Assembly (NCBI GenBank): GCA_964443675.1 | Contig: CAYUDN010000001.1 | Location: 10,862-74,861, forward strand | Origin: an uncultured Candidatus Saccharibacteria bacterium | GTDB taxonomy: Bacteria > Patescibacteriota > Minisyncoccia > Phycocordibacterales > UBA5272 | Reading direction: 5' to 3' | Length of the DNA: 64,000 bases | Shown: positions 19,354 to 27,666 of the stretch, in pieces | Layout of the letters: every line of letters begins with the position of its first letter | How positions within the stretch are numbered: the stretch's first letter is position 1 | The notes under the pieces: generated by a model | What the model was told of the DNA's origin: nothing | The model's input: the letters and a program-made list of their open reading frames with translations, nothing else | Database searches by the model: none | Position numbers and translations under genes: made by a program

Positions 19354-21570
19354 ATGCAAAATATCATTAAAAAAGTAGTCTGGGGCTGTTTGCTTATTAT
19401 CCCGTTCATCGCTCTTCATGTGGGAGATATGGGTCTTATTGATGTGTTTAAGTGGTTTGGTTCTTCCGGAATGTTTTTCCCATTTATTTCTGGTAAGAAT
19501 CTTTTGTTTAGAATTTTGGTTGAGGTTGCTTTTGCTGGTTGGGCTGTTCTTGCACTTCATGATTCATCGTATCGTGTAAAAGTGCTTAAATCGCCAATTA
19601 TGATTGCTTACGGTCTCTTTATGATCGTGCTCTTTTTTGCTGACATGTTCGGCGTTGATCGTGAGAAGAGTATGTGGAGTAACTTTGAAAGAATGGAAGG
19701 TTTTGTCGGACATATTCATCTTTTCGCATACTTTTTCGTTCTTACGGTAATGGTTCGTTCTCTTGATGAGTGGAGAAAAGTATGGAAAGTTTTTTTGGCT
19801 GCAGATATTCTCATGCTTATTGTTGGAGCTTTTCAGTTGATTGGCGCAAGAGGTCTCTATTTTTCTAAGCACGCACCTGCTCTTTCTGATTGGTTTAACG
19901 AAAGGTTCCCGATCCATCAGAGTGCTATTCGTGTGGACGGAACTATTGGTAACTCTGCATACTTTGGTGTCTTTTGTCTTATCTATATTTTTATTACGGC
20001 AATGCTTTGGTCACAAGAACGTCAGTTCAAGAAGCATTACGGATATCTTGCGCTTATCATTGCAAACGTGATTGGCGTTCTCTATTCAGGTACTCGTGGA
20101 ACAATGGTTGGTCTTGTGGTTGCAACGTTTATTACCTTGGGTATTTTGGCCTTCAAAGAAAGAGGAGTTCTGCGTAAGCGGTTTATTATTGGTACTGTCA
20201 TTTTTGCGGTACTTATTGGTTCATTGTTTGTGTTTAAGAATACAACTTTTGTACAGTCATACCCGGTACTTGCTCGTATTGCAAGTATTTCCCCAAACGA
20301 TATTACTGGTATGAGTCGTCTCTCTATGTGGAAAATTAGTTACAAGGCATGGTTGGAGAGGCCGATTCTTGGGTATGGCCAAGATAACTTCAGTCATATC
20401 TTTGCACGTAAATTTATCTCAGATAAGATGTGTAATCTTGAGCCTTGGTATGACAGGTCTCATGATGTGTTCTTTGATTGGCTTGTTGCGGCTGGAGCGC
20501 TTGGGTTGCTTACCTACCTCTCTTTGTACGGCGTTACTCTTTGGTTTATGTGGAAGAAGAAAGGGCACGATATGTCTCTTGAAGAAAAGTCTATTCTCAC
20601 CGGACTTATTGCCGGATACTTTGTCCATAATATCTTTGTATTTGATAACCTTACAAGTTACATCCTTTTCTTCGCTATTCTTGCGTACATTACTGTACGT
20701 ACCAGGGAAGCATTTCCTGATAAGAAGCAGCCTCTTTTTGATAACGATCAAATGAATCTTCTTATTGTTCCGTTGATCGCGATCGCTCTTGTGGTGACAC
20801 AATATTTTGTCAATGTGCGACCACTTATTGTTAATAACTTGATTATTAAGGCAATGACTTTAAGCCAGTACATGAAGACAATGCCATTCTCAGATGCGCT
20901 CAAGATGAGTCAGACAGCGTTTACTGATGCTATTGCAATGAATACTCTCGGAAGTATTGAGGCTAGAGAGCAGTTTATGCAAATGTCGGTCCATGTCGGG
21001 CAAATCAAACTGCCAGAATCTCTTGCAGTGGGTGAGAAACAGATTGCGGCTCAGGCAATTAATAATTATCTTCTTGCTGCAAAAGACGAGGTTGAAAAGT
21101 CTCTCCCTCGATACCAAGAAGATGTGAGAATGCTTTCTATCTATGGACTCTTTTTCTTAGGTTTTGGTGACGGTGCTACAGGAGAAAAAATCTTAGGAGA
21201 CGCACATCGTCTTGCTCCGGGTAAGCAGTTAATTTCTTATGACCTTATACGTGCAATGTTACTACAACGAAAAACTGTAGAAGCATATACACTTGCAAAG
21301 GAAACATATGAACTCTCGGATGTATGTCATGATGCTGATCGCTGGCTTTTGATTGGTGCTGCGTATGCAGGGAAATATAAAGAAGGTGAGGCAATGATCC
21401 TTGCAAAAGGAAAAGTCCCTCCTCTTGATGTTGATATTGTTGCAGGGGTGCTCGCGTCTAATCAAACAGGTGTCGCGATTGAACTTCTTAATAAGTTGAA
21501 AGCAAAAGACCCAAGTCTTGCGCCTCAAATTGATCAGTATATTAAGCAGCTCCTTGCAGGAAAGAAATAG
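19354..21570 (+). CDS. O-antigen ligase/polymerase-like (Wzy/WaaL family) membrane protein with C-terminal soluble TPR-like domain
   Basis: More than 10 TM helices. The 'SRLSMWKISYKAWLERPILGYGQDNF' periplasmic loop motif is typical of O-antigen ligase-like proteins. The roughly 250-aa C-terminal helical domain is repeat-like. Confidence 0.6.
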   Translation: MQNIIKKVVWGCLLIIPFIALHVGDMGLIDVFKWFGSSGMFFPFISGKNLLFRILVEVAFAGWAVLALHDSSYRVKVLKSPIMIAYGLFMIVLFFADMFGVDREKSMWSNFERMEGFVGHIHLFAYFFVLTVMVRSLDEWRKVWKVFLAADILMLIVGAFQLIGARGLYFSKHAPALSDWFNERFPIHQSAIRVDGTIGNSAYFGVFCLIYIFITAMLWSQERQFKKHYGYLALIIANVIGVLYSGTRGTMVGLVVATFITLGILAFKERGVLRKRFIIGTVIFAVLIGSLFVFKNTTFVQSYPVLARIASISPNDITGMSRLSMWKISYKAWLERPILGYGQDNFSHIFARKFISDKMCNLEPWYDRSHDVFFDWLVAAGALGLLTYLSLYGVTLWFMWKKKGHDMSLEEKSILTGLIAGYFVHNIFVFDNLTSYILFFAILAYITVRTREAFPDKKQPLFDNDQMNLLIVPLIAIALVVTQYFVNVRPLIVNNLIIKAMTLSQYMKTMPFSDALKMSQTAFTDAIAMNTLGSIEAREQFMQMSVHVGQIKLPESLAVGEKQIAAQAINNYLLAAKDEVEKSLPRYQEDVRMLSIYGLFFLGFGDGATGEKILGDAHRLAPGKQLISYDLIRAMLLQRKTVEAYTLAKETYELSDVCHDADRWLLIGAAYAGKYKEGEAMILAKGKVPPLDVDIVAGVLASNQTGVAIELLNKLKAKDPSLAPQIDQYIKQLLAGKK

Positions 21571-21633
21571 TCTTGCTACACTATACCTTGTGAGCGCACC
21601 ATAAGGTGTGCCCTACAAGATAAATAAATGCCT

Positions 21634-21690
21634 AACGTAAATGAGTCACCTAAAAAGTGACTCTTTACGTTTTGTGGAAAAGTCGTAGTT
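21634..21690 (+). terminator. Rho-independent terminator of the Wzy-like gene
   Basis: 15-bp stem aacgtaaatgagtcac / gtgactctttacgtt with a 7-nt loop, followed by a T-rich run. Confidence 0.55.
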
Positions 21691-21695
21691 TTTTC

Positions 21696-21724
21696 TTGAA
21701 AAATATTTTTATACCTTGTACAAT
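21696..21724 (+). promoter_or_regulatory. Consensus-like sigma70 promoter (TTGAAA-N17-TACAAT) in the intergenic region
   Basis: TTGAAA at 21696-21701, a 17-nt spacer, and TACAAT at 21719-21724. There is no protein-coding ORF downstream before the hairpin at 21826-21870. Confidence 0.4.
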
Positions 21725-21730
21725 AGAGTG

Positions 21731-21872
21731 GTGGTTCTCATCGCGCATAGTTGCGGTGAGCGACTGCGCTCACATAAGGCATTTATCTTTGGAGCATGCC
21801 ACGCTCACCACAACTGGGCGGGAGGCAAAATAAATGACGCATAATTGCATCGCAATTATGCGTCATTTATTT
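21731..21872 (+). ncRNA. Candidate small non-coding RNA (about 140 nt), unknown family
   Basis: Bounded by the promoter above and a perfect 21-bp palindrome with a 3-nt loop at 21826-21870. It contains the internal hairpin gtgagcg-actg-cgctcac. No match to tmRNA, SRP or RNase P motifs was recognised. Confidence 0.25.
21826..21870. terminator. Perfect 21-bp inverted repeat (aaataaatgacgcataattgc-atc-gcaattatgcgtcatttattt), bidirectional terminator-like
   Basis: Read directly from the sequence. It lies between the convergent Wzy-like/sRNA region and the tsaD 3' end. Confidence 0.5.
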
Positions 21873-21924
21873 TATCTCTCGCTTCTAATGTCTGTTACGT
21901 AGCGTCTAACACTTAGTACTCACT

Positions 21925-23106
21925 CTAGCACTCTCCTACAGACCAGCTTCCTTTTGCTTGCAACTTTGCTCTTGGGGTTTCATCGTGTGCGAGATGAAGC
22001 AACCCAGTCGATGCAATCATGAGACCGTTATCAGTAGAGAGGTTACGATTAGGAATGAAGAGACTGAAGCCTTCTGCTTCTGCAAGATTCTTAAGTGCAA
22101 AGCGCAAATGGCTGTTAGCACTTACTCCACCACCAACAATAAGAGTGCTTGCTCGTGTTTCGTACATTGCTTGTTTTACTTTTGCAATAAGTACATCGGT
22201 GACCGCGTTTTCAAATTCAAGGGCAAGCATACGCCTAGTTCTATCGTTAAGAGGGGTTACTTTTTTGGTACGTACAAGCACAGCAGTTTTTAGTCCGCTA
22301 AAAGAAAAGTGAAGATCGCCACTATGAATCATCGGACGAGGAAGGCGAAGCATTTCATCAACCACAAGACCTTCTTTGCGTGCATGTTCTGCAAGACGAG
22401 AAATCTCTGGCCCTCCAGGGTAGGGGAGGTCAAGCATTCGTGCTGCTTTGTCGAAGGCTTCTCCTACGGCGTCATCTTTAGTCTTGCCGATAACTTTGTA
22501 GCTACGAAGTTTTGGGATGTACACGAGTTCAGTGTGTCCACCTGAAACAAGGAGTGCACACGCAGGAAGTTCCGCATCTGATATTTCGTAGACATCGTCA
22601 GAGGCAGAAATAAGCCCCGCAATAATATGACCTTCCATGTGATTAACTGGATAAAGAGGAATATCCCAGATAAGATGCATGGCATGAGCAGCGTTGATAC
22701 CAACCCAGAGTGCTGGCTCAAGACCAGGGCCTTCGGTGACGGCAATAGCGTCCACAAGAGGTTTTTGTATTCCTCCAAAGAGTACTTTCATTGCACTTAA
22801 CATTTCAGGTTCTCGCTCAAGAAGGGTTTCTAGTTTTTTGCGCTCCGCTGCAGGGATATGATAGGTGTTTGTGCGTTCAACAAGGAGTCCTGCTTCTTCG
22901 AGTGCTTCTGCAATAAGTTGGGTAATTGCTTTAGTGTGTTCTCGTTTAGCAAGCGCAGGAAAGACACCCCCATACTCTTTGTGAAGATCAATTTGAGAAA
23001 GCACTTTATGAGAAAGTACTTCGAAGCGAACTTGTTTGCCACGAACACGCTTTACAACCGCTATTGCGGTTTCGTCACAACTGGTTTCGATAGCAAGAAG
23101 AATCAT
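21925..23106 (-). CDS. tsaD: tRNA N6-adenosine threonylcarbamoyltransferase TsaD (Kae1/TsaD family)
   Basis: 'LAIETSCDETAIAVV' N-terminal motif, HxxH metal-binding region and C-terminal 'GGVSAN' block. The ORF-track start at 23139 is a TTG, and the ATG at 23106 (MILLAIETSCDE) is preferred. Longer than typical TsaD because of internal and C-terminal insertions. Confidence 0.85.
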   Translation of the reverse strand: MILLAIETSCDETAIAVVKRVRGKQVRFEVLSHKVLSQIDLHKEYGGVFPALAKREHTKAITQLIAEALEEAGLLVERTNTYHIPAAERKKLETLLEREPEMLSAMKVLFGGIQKPLVDAIAVTEGPGLEPALWVGINAAHAMHLIWDIPLYPVNHMEGHIIAGLISASDDVYEISDAELPACALLVSGGHTELVYIPKLRSYKVIGKTKDDAVGEAFDKAARMLDLPYPGGPEISRLAEHARKEGLVVDEMLRLPRPMIHSGDLHFSFSGLKTAVLVRTKKVTPLNDRTRRMLALEFENAVTDVLIAKVKQAMYETRASTLIVGGGVSANSHLRFALKNLAEAEGFSLFIPNRNLSTDNGLMIASTGLLHLAHDETPRAKLQAKGSWSVGEC

Positions 23107-23215
23107 AAGGGTTAGATAGTAGACGTTAGAGTGTAACAAATACAGGCATTTAGAAGTATACTATTAGTTTTTACAATATACCATATTGCTTATTCTCTAA
23201 TAGTTCGGTAGAGTA

Positions 23216-23671
23216 ATGGGTATGAAAATAGTTGTGGTTACTGTAGGTAAAGAAAAGGATGAAGCAAGTAAAGAACTGCTTAGCTACTATCAAGTGAAAT
23301 TACTCCGTTTCCTCCCCGTCGAGTGGGTGTATATTGAGCATGCTCACACCAAAGAAAAAGAGGCTGAAAAAATTCTCGAGTATATAAAGAAAGAAGACTA
23401 TGTAGTGCTTCTTGACGAAAAGGGGAAAGAGATGAAAAGTGAAATGGTGGCAGAGCTTATCGAGAATAGAATGGTGGACTCTGTAAGAAGAATGGTTTTT
23501 GTGATTGGTGGTGCATACGGTGTATCTGAAAAGGTGTTCGAAAGAGCAAATCATGTATGGAAACTTTCTTTGCTGGTATTCCCTCATATGCTTGTACGTG
23601 TCATTCTTATAGAGCAACTCTATCGCGCGATGACTATACTAAAAGGGGAGAAGTATCATCATGCCGAGTAG
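23216..23671 (+). CDS. rlmH: 23S rRNA (pseudouridine1915-N3)-methyltransferase RlmH (SPOUT)
   Basis: The 151-aa ORF has 'KIVVVTVGKEKD', 'VVLLDEKGKEMKSE' and 'FVIGGAYGVSEKV' blocks typical of RlmH. Confidence 0.85.
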   Translation: MGMKIVVVTVGKEKDEASKELLSYYQVKLLRFLPVEWVYIEHAHTKEKEAEKILEYIKKEDYVVLLDEKGKEMKSEMVAELIENRMVDSVRRMVFVIGGAYGVSEKVFERANHVWKLSLLVFPHMLVRVILIEQLYRAMTILKGEKYHHAE

Positions 23672-23878
23672 CTTGACTACGAAGATATTCGTAAACAGCT
23701 GTTGTAGGAGGTAAATAATTAACCTGAGATATTTTGTGGACTACGGGAACGAGGTTTGGAAATAAGTTGTGAGAGAGATTGAATGTTTGTATGAGATCTT
23801 AAAACAAAAACACGGTGAAGTGGGAAAATGAAAAGGCCGCCACATCGTGACAACCTTTTCGGTTGTTGATGGGCGACA

Positions 23879-24391
23879 CTAGTTGGTACGTGGCTTGTGA
23901 AGGCCTTCATACTGCAGACGAGGAAAAGGATACCGGCCAACAGACTTGGTTGCAACCCTGATGACTTGCTCGAAATTGCCGTCGGCAACCTGGGCTTCGT
24001 CGTAGAGCACTGTCGGGCCGAGCATTTCGATGAAGTCACCAAGGCGGACAACCAGTCTGTATTCGGCAGGCTTGCGCCAGAACCAGAAACCACGACCTTT
24101 GGCGGGATTGCGCCAGAACAGCAGTACTGCGCCCTCACCGATCTGGAAGCCATCCACACGCTCGTGCTCGCTAGAGCCGTCGTTGAACTGCTTTCGCACT
24201 TCCGTTTCGGTCAAGGTTCGCACCTGTTCCAAAGAGGCGAACTCATGACGAACTGTCAGGCCGGTAGCGTGACGAATCTCGATACCTTCCTCGTTGATGG
24301 TGATCTGAATCTCACCCATTGCAATTTTGGATTCATCTGTCGGTGAAAGACCTGTGAAGGTTCCAAAGTAACGCTGAATGCCGTGTTCCAT
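23879..24391 (-). CDS. Hypothetical protein (170 aa) on G+C-rich foreign-looking DNA
   Basis: The ATG at 24391 is preceded by a GGAG SD about 8 nt upstream. Codon third positions are strongly G/C-biased, unlike most genes in the window. It contains the tandem motif 'FWRNPAKGRGFWFWRKPAE'. No family was recognised. Overlapping opposite-strand ORFs (23897-24346, 23719-24159) are judged to be GC-driven artefacts. Confidence 0.5.
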   Translation of the reverse strand: MEHGIQRYFGTFTGLSPTDESKIAMGEIQITINEEGIEIRHATGLTVRHEFASLEQVRTLTETEVRKQFNDGSSEHERVDGFQIGEGAVLLFWRNPAKGRGFWFWRKPAEYRLVVRLGDFIEMLGPTVLYDEAQVADGNFEQVIRVATKSVGRYPFPRLQYEGLHKPRTN

Positions 24392-24460
24392 AGCTGATCT
24401 CCGTGTGTATAAAGAACAAAAGCATTATACAACATATATACTGTATTTGTCAATATATGT

Positions 24461-24481
24461 GGACAGTAGAGGATTCGACGA
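24461..24481 (-). repeat. Exact 20-21 nt copy of the tRNA-Val 3' end (att-like partial tRNA duplication)
   Basis: Plus strand gtggacagtagaggattcga is the reverse complement of TCGAATCCTCTACTGTCCAC, identical to the 3' T-arm and acceptor segment of the tRNA-Val at 24835-24906. No upstream tRNA body is present. Confidence 0.6.
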
Positions 24482-24658
24482 TTGTTAAGGGTTTTCTTTT
24501 TCGTGTTGCACACTCAAACAAAAACTCTTAACTTTCGCCTAAGCTTCGTCGCCACAACTTTTGATTACAAAAGTTGGCTTCGCTTGCGGCTCAGTTCGAA
24601 TCCTCTACATGTCGCACAAAACATAATCACCCGAAGCCTTCGCTTCAGGTTCATTGTT

Positions 24659-24680
24659 TTGTGGACAGTAGAGGTTCGGT
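24659..24680 (-). repeat. Degenerate copy of the tRNA-Val 3' end (att-like scar)
   Basis: Plus strand gtggacagtagaggttcggtcc matches the acceptor 3' strand exactly, but its T-loop is degraded (ACCGAAC in place of TTCGAAT). Confidence 0.4.
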
Positions 24681-24795
24681 CCCAAATCTGCCTCGCTTTG
24701 CCTGCCTAAAGGCAAGGCAGACTCGAAGCAGATTCCTGACCTGTATTCGAATCCTCACGAACATGAAGCAGTTCATGTTCTTACTATCCACGAAC

Positions 24796-24826
24796 AAAAA
24801 CGGCACGGATTACCGTGCTCATTTTT
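24796..24826. terminator. Bidirectional intrinsic terminator downstream of tRNA-Val
   Basis: aaaaa-cggcacgg-atta-ccgtgc-tcattttt: hairpin gcacgg/ccgtgc flanked by an A-run and a T-run. Confidence 0.6.
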
Positions 24827-24834
24827 GTACTCGT

Positions 24835-24906
24835 GGACAGTAGAGGATTCGAACCTCTGACATCTACAACGTCAATGTAGCGCTCTACCAACTGAGCTAA
24901 CCGTCC
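24835..24906 (-). tRNA. tRNA-Val (anticodon GAC)
   Basis: Manual fold of the reverse complement: acceptor GGACGGT/ACTGTCC, D-arm GCTC-AGTTGGTA-GAGC, anticodon stem CTACA/TGTAG with loop TTGACGT (GAC), T-arm AGAGG-TTCGAAT-CCTCT and discriminator A. Confidence 0.85.
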
Positions 24907-25016
24907 CTATGATCTACTAGTATACTATATAACACCAATTTTGAAAAAGTAAAATAATATGGTATTATATCGCGTACCGGTGATACTTTTTATTAAAAGG
25001 GTTTCACTATAAAGAC

Positions 25017-25091
25017 GGCCCCATCGTCTATCGGTTAGGACATCGGCTTTTCATGCCGGTAAGCGGAGTTCGACTCTCCGTAGGGTCACCA
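25017..25091 (+). tRNA. tRNA-Glu (anticodon UUC), CCA encoded
   Basis: Collinear with E. coli tRNA-Glu: acceptor GGCCCCA/TAGGGTC (one C-A mismatch, one G-U), D-stem GTCT/GGAC, anticodon stem TCGGC/GCCGG with loop TTTTCAT (TTC), T-arm CGGAG-TTCGACT-CTCCG and encoded CCA. Confidence 0.75.
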
Positions 25092-25212
25092 ACGAAGATT
25101 TATCTTCACCACATTCGGTTGTTTTTACGTTGTTATAACAACGTAAAAGTAGTTGCAATATTTGCGTCATTTTATCTGTTATTTCTCTGATATAACAGAT
25201 AATGTTAGATAA

Positions 25213-25260
25213 CAAAAAAGACCCCCGCTTCGCATGACAATGTCATTTGATTTGGGGGTC
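25213..25260 (-). terminator. Rho-independent terminator of the SPFH gene
   Basis: gaccccc...gggggtc stem with an internal atgacaatgtcat palindrome, followed on the minus strand by TTTTTTGTT. Confidence 0.6.
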
Positions 25261-25278
25261 TGACCAGCACTGGTCTGG

Positions 25279-26217
25279 TTACTTGAGAGGGACTGTCGCC
25301 GGCACAGCCAGTTCGCCGATGATGGCCGTGCAGTTGGCTTTCGCTCCGCACTTCTCCACCGCTTCGACTTGCTTCTTGGCAACTTCCAGCTTGAGGAACT
25401 GCTCCGGCGTAAAGCCGACGCTGTTGCGGTAGGCGTTGTCCGCATTGGCGCGTTCGGTTTCAGCGCCCTTGCGATTGATTTCCGCTTTCCGGCGCTCGTC
25501 TTCAGTCTTTGCACGCTGTTGTTGCGAAGCAGTTTCAGCGAGAGCTTCGAGAACCTTGCTGGGAGGAGTTGCTTTGCCGACGATGACTTCCATCACTTCG
25601 ACATCGATGCCCTTGGCCTTCACGAACTCGCGCATCTCGGTGAGAACGACACGCTGGATTTCTCCGAGAATGTCTTTCCCTTCCTTGTTGAGCTGGCGGG
25701 TTGTGAGGGCTGTCATCGGCGTCTTGGCCACTTCATCGCGCACCGAGGTACGAAACAGTTCCTTAAGGTTCTGCTTGTACCAGTCAGGGCCGAAAGACGC
25801 ATGCAGTTTCGGGGTCTTGCCGGGGATCGGCCGGACCTTGATGTATGCATTGAAGTCGATCGGGATGTTGTCGACGGTGATCGTGCCATCCTTGACGTCA
25901 TCGAACCCTTCCGTAAACTGGAAAGGGCGCGTGTCGTACATGACGACGTTCGTCGTGTAGAAGAGCCACTTCGAGCCGGTGACATGGGGTTCTTGACGAA
26001 CACCGCCGTCACCGAACATCGTGAAGAACGGCTTGTCGATGAGGACGGCCTCGTGACCGGCCTCGACTTGCACCCGTTGCGTGACCATCACCATGAAGGC
26101 GATGAACAGGACGAACGAGATTGCGCCGATGATGCGCTTCTTGTATTGAGTCCAGAAACTGAACTCGTTTTCATGGCCGTAGCTCATGGGATTTCCTTTC
26201 GTGGGTTGTGTTGTCAA
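25279..26217 (-). CDS. SPFH/band-7 (stomatin/prohibitin-like) membrane protein
   Basis: N-terminal TM helix (IIGAISFVLFIAFMVMV) followed by an SPFH-type domain and an Ala/Glu/Lys-rich coiled-coil tail. An AGGAA SD precedes the ATG at 26217. Strongly G+C-rich codon usage. The three +strand ORFs overlapping it are rejected as antisense artefacts. Confidence 0.75.
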   Translation of the reverse strand: MTTQPTKGNPMSYGHENEFSFWTQYKKRIIGAISFVLFIAFMVMVTQRVQVEAGHEAVLIDKPFFTMFGDGGVRQEPHVTGSKWLFYTTNVVMYDTRPFQFTEGFDDVKDGTITVDNIPIDFNAYIKVRPIPGKTPKLHASFGPDWYKQNLKELFRTSVRDEVAKTPMTALTTRQLNKEGKDILGEIQRVVLTEMREFVKAKGIDVEVMEVIVGKATPPSKVLEALAETASQQQRAKTEDERRKAEINRKGAETERANADNAYRNSVGFTPEQFLKLEVAKKQVEAVEKCGAKANCTAIIGELAVPATVPLK

Positions 26218-26584
26218 AAAAACAGAAAATGTATCAGGAACATATATATCATATTATGATTATTATATTTTGTCAAGGCCGAAATTTTGCTTGATTTTAC
26301 TCACTAATACATAGTTCTATACCAGATACGGTATATAAACTAGAAGAGTTTTTGATGGTTTTTCTATGGAAAGATTGTAAAATATAGATATTATTCATAA
26401 TTAGTTAGTGCTAAAAGTCGATTTGGATACTTATTGAAAACTGTTTTCCATTTTATAATCTCATTTTCAATGGTGTTCCACCCTAGATAGTACTGGCTCA
26501 CCTTCAACAGCTAGCACTAGAAGGGTGCTTAAAGTAGTAAAAACAGTGTCTAAAAAACGCTGTTTTTACTATGCTTTTTTACCT

Positions 26585-26613
26585 TGACTTTTTACTACTT
26601 TCATGCTATTATT
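26585..26613 (+). promoter_or_regulatory. Candidate sigma70 promoter for the 26689 gene (TTGACT-N17-TATTAT)
   Basis: Read from the AT-rich 470-bp spacer between the two G+C-rich genes. A 10-bp hairpin gtaaaaacag...ctgtttttac lies just upstream at 26531-26563. Confidence 0.4.
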
Positions 26614-26688
26614 GTAGGAGTCACAATCTGTGGCAAATTGTTTCGGCAATGTAAACCGAGTTTGAACATTTACAAGGAGAGATAACCC

Positions 26689-27582
26689 ATGAACGGGATT
26701 ACTCAAGTCGTTCCTGCAACCGCAGGTCAACTCAAGCAGATCAATCGCATCATCGCTGATGCCGTCGAAAAGATCGTAACTGAACTCGGTCTCGACAAGG
26801 ACGGTGCACAGCGGGTCATCGAACATGGTGACGAACTCGTTGGCAACATCGGCGAGGTCACCCTGGCGACGCTCAAGGACTTGTCGGTCTCCGACAAGTA
26901 CAAGGACGAAGAAGTGAAGTCGAACTACGGCTACCTGTCGGGCTACAAGAAGCCGAAGGGTATCACTGAGCAGACCAACATCCTCCGTCAGCTGTTCCCT
27001 GGCATCGGCTTCGCTGACGAAAAGCTCGTCGAGCATGAAGTACCGAAGAATGCCGACGGATGGTTCGCCATTCCGAAGTGGCAGTCGCTCGCACCGACCT
27101 ATGGTGAAGCGGTGGAACTGGTGCTGAAGAAGCTGAGCGAAACCCGCAACGGTCGTTTCCAAAACTACCGTGAAAGCGAACTCGGTCCTGATCAGCTCCG
27201 CCAATCGGCGAAAACGGCAAGCGTGTTCCAGGAGCTCGCCGAAGAGCAGAACGGCTACGACATCCTCGTGGTCGCAGCCCAATTTGGTCTGCGTCACCGT
27301 GGTCGCTCAGTTCGCCGTGTGCGTGAGATCCTGCTCGGCAACGAGTTCGGACTCGGAGCGTTTGCTGTCGGCATCATGCTCCTCACCCACCCTGAACGAC
27401 TTGCCCACTACGACGATCTCTGGATCGACTGTGCTGGTGACGAGTTCGCTCCGGATGCGGATGGCGACTTCTGGAGGTCTCCGATCTTCATCTTCAGTGG
27501 CGTCAGGCTCAGGTTCGGCACCGACGGTGTGTCGGATGCGGACGGCTGCTGCGGTTCCGTCTCGGGGTTTCTTCCGCTGTGA
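26689..27582 (+). CDS. Hypothetical protein (297 aa), G+C-rich, unknown family
   Basis: A strong SD (caAGGAGAgataaccc) precedes the ATG. G/C-biased third positions. Acidic Gly/Asp-rich C-terminus. No motif was recognised. Confidence 0.55.
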   Translation: MNGITQVVPATAGQLKQINRIIADAVEKIVTELGLDKDGAQRVIEHGDELVGNIGEVTLATLKDLSVSDKYKDEEVKSNYGYLSGYKKPKGITEQTNILRQLFPGIGFADEKLVEHEVPKNADGWFAIPKWQSLAPTYGEAVELVLKKLSETRNGRFQNYRESELGPDQLRQSAKTASVFQELAEEQNGYDILVVAAQFGLRHRGRSVRRVREILLGNEFGLGAFAVGIMLLTHPERLAHYDDLWIDCAGDEFAPDADGDFWRSPIFIFSGVRLRFGTDGVSDADGCCGSVSGFLPL

Positions 27583-27638
27583 TCCTTGGATCTTGGGAAC
27601 TTGATTCTTTTGTTCCCTTGATTCTTGAATCCTTGAAC

Positions 27639-27666
27639 GGCTCGCTTGCGAGCCCTTTTTCTTTTG
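27639..27666 (+). terminator. Rho-independent terminator of the 297-aa gene
   Basis: ggctcgc-tt-gcgagcc hairpin followed by CTTTTTCTTTT. Confidence 0.55.

Noticed and set aside
23719-24346. +strand 149-aa and minus-strand 146-aa ORFs overlapping the 23879-24391 gene
   Set aside because: Same GC-rich multi-frame effect. The chosen frame has GGAG-ATG and a coherent third-position bias.
24461-24834. Possible additional tRNA genes or a tmRNA in the region downstream of tRNA-Val
   Set aside because: Manual folding finds only the 3'-terminal 20-22 nt of tRNA-Val, with no D-arm, anticodon arm or 5' acceptor strand. The structured segment at 24681-24795 lacks the tmRNA T-arm/acceptor or a resume-codon tag region. 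These are interpreted as att-like scars plus a terminator.
25369-26259. Three overlapping +strand ORFs (296, 174, 99 aa) across the SPFH gene
   Set aside because: GC-rich DNA yields long open frames on all strands. The minus-strand SPFH frame has the SD, a TM helix, the domain and a terminator, while the plus frames are Arg/Ala/Ser-rich with no motifs.
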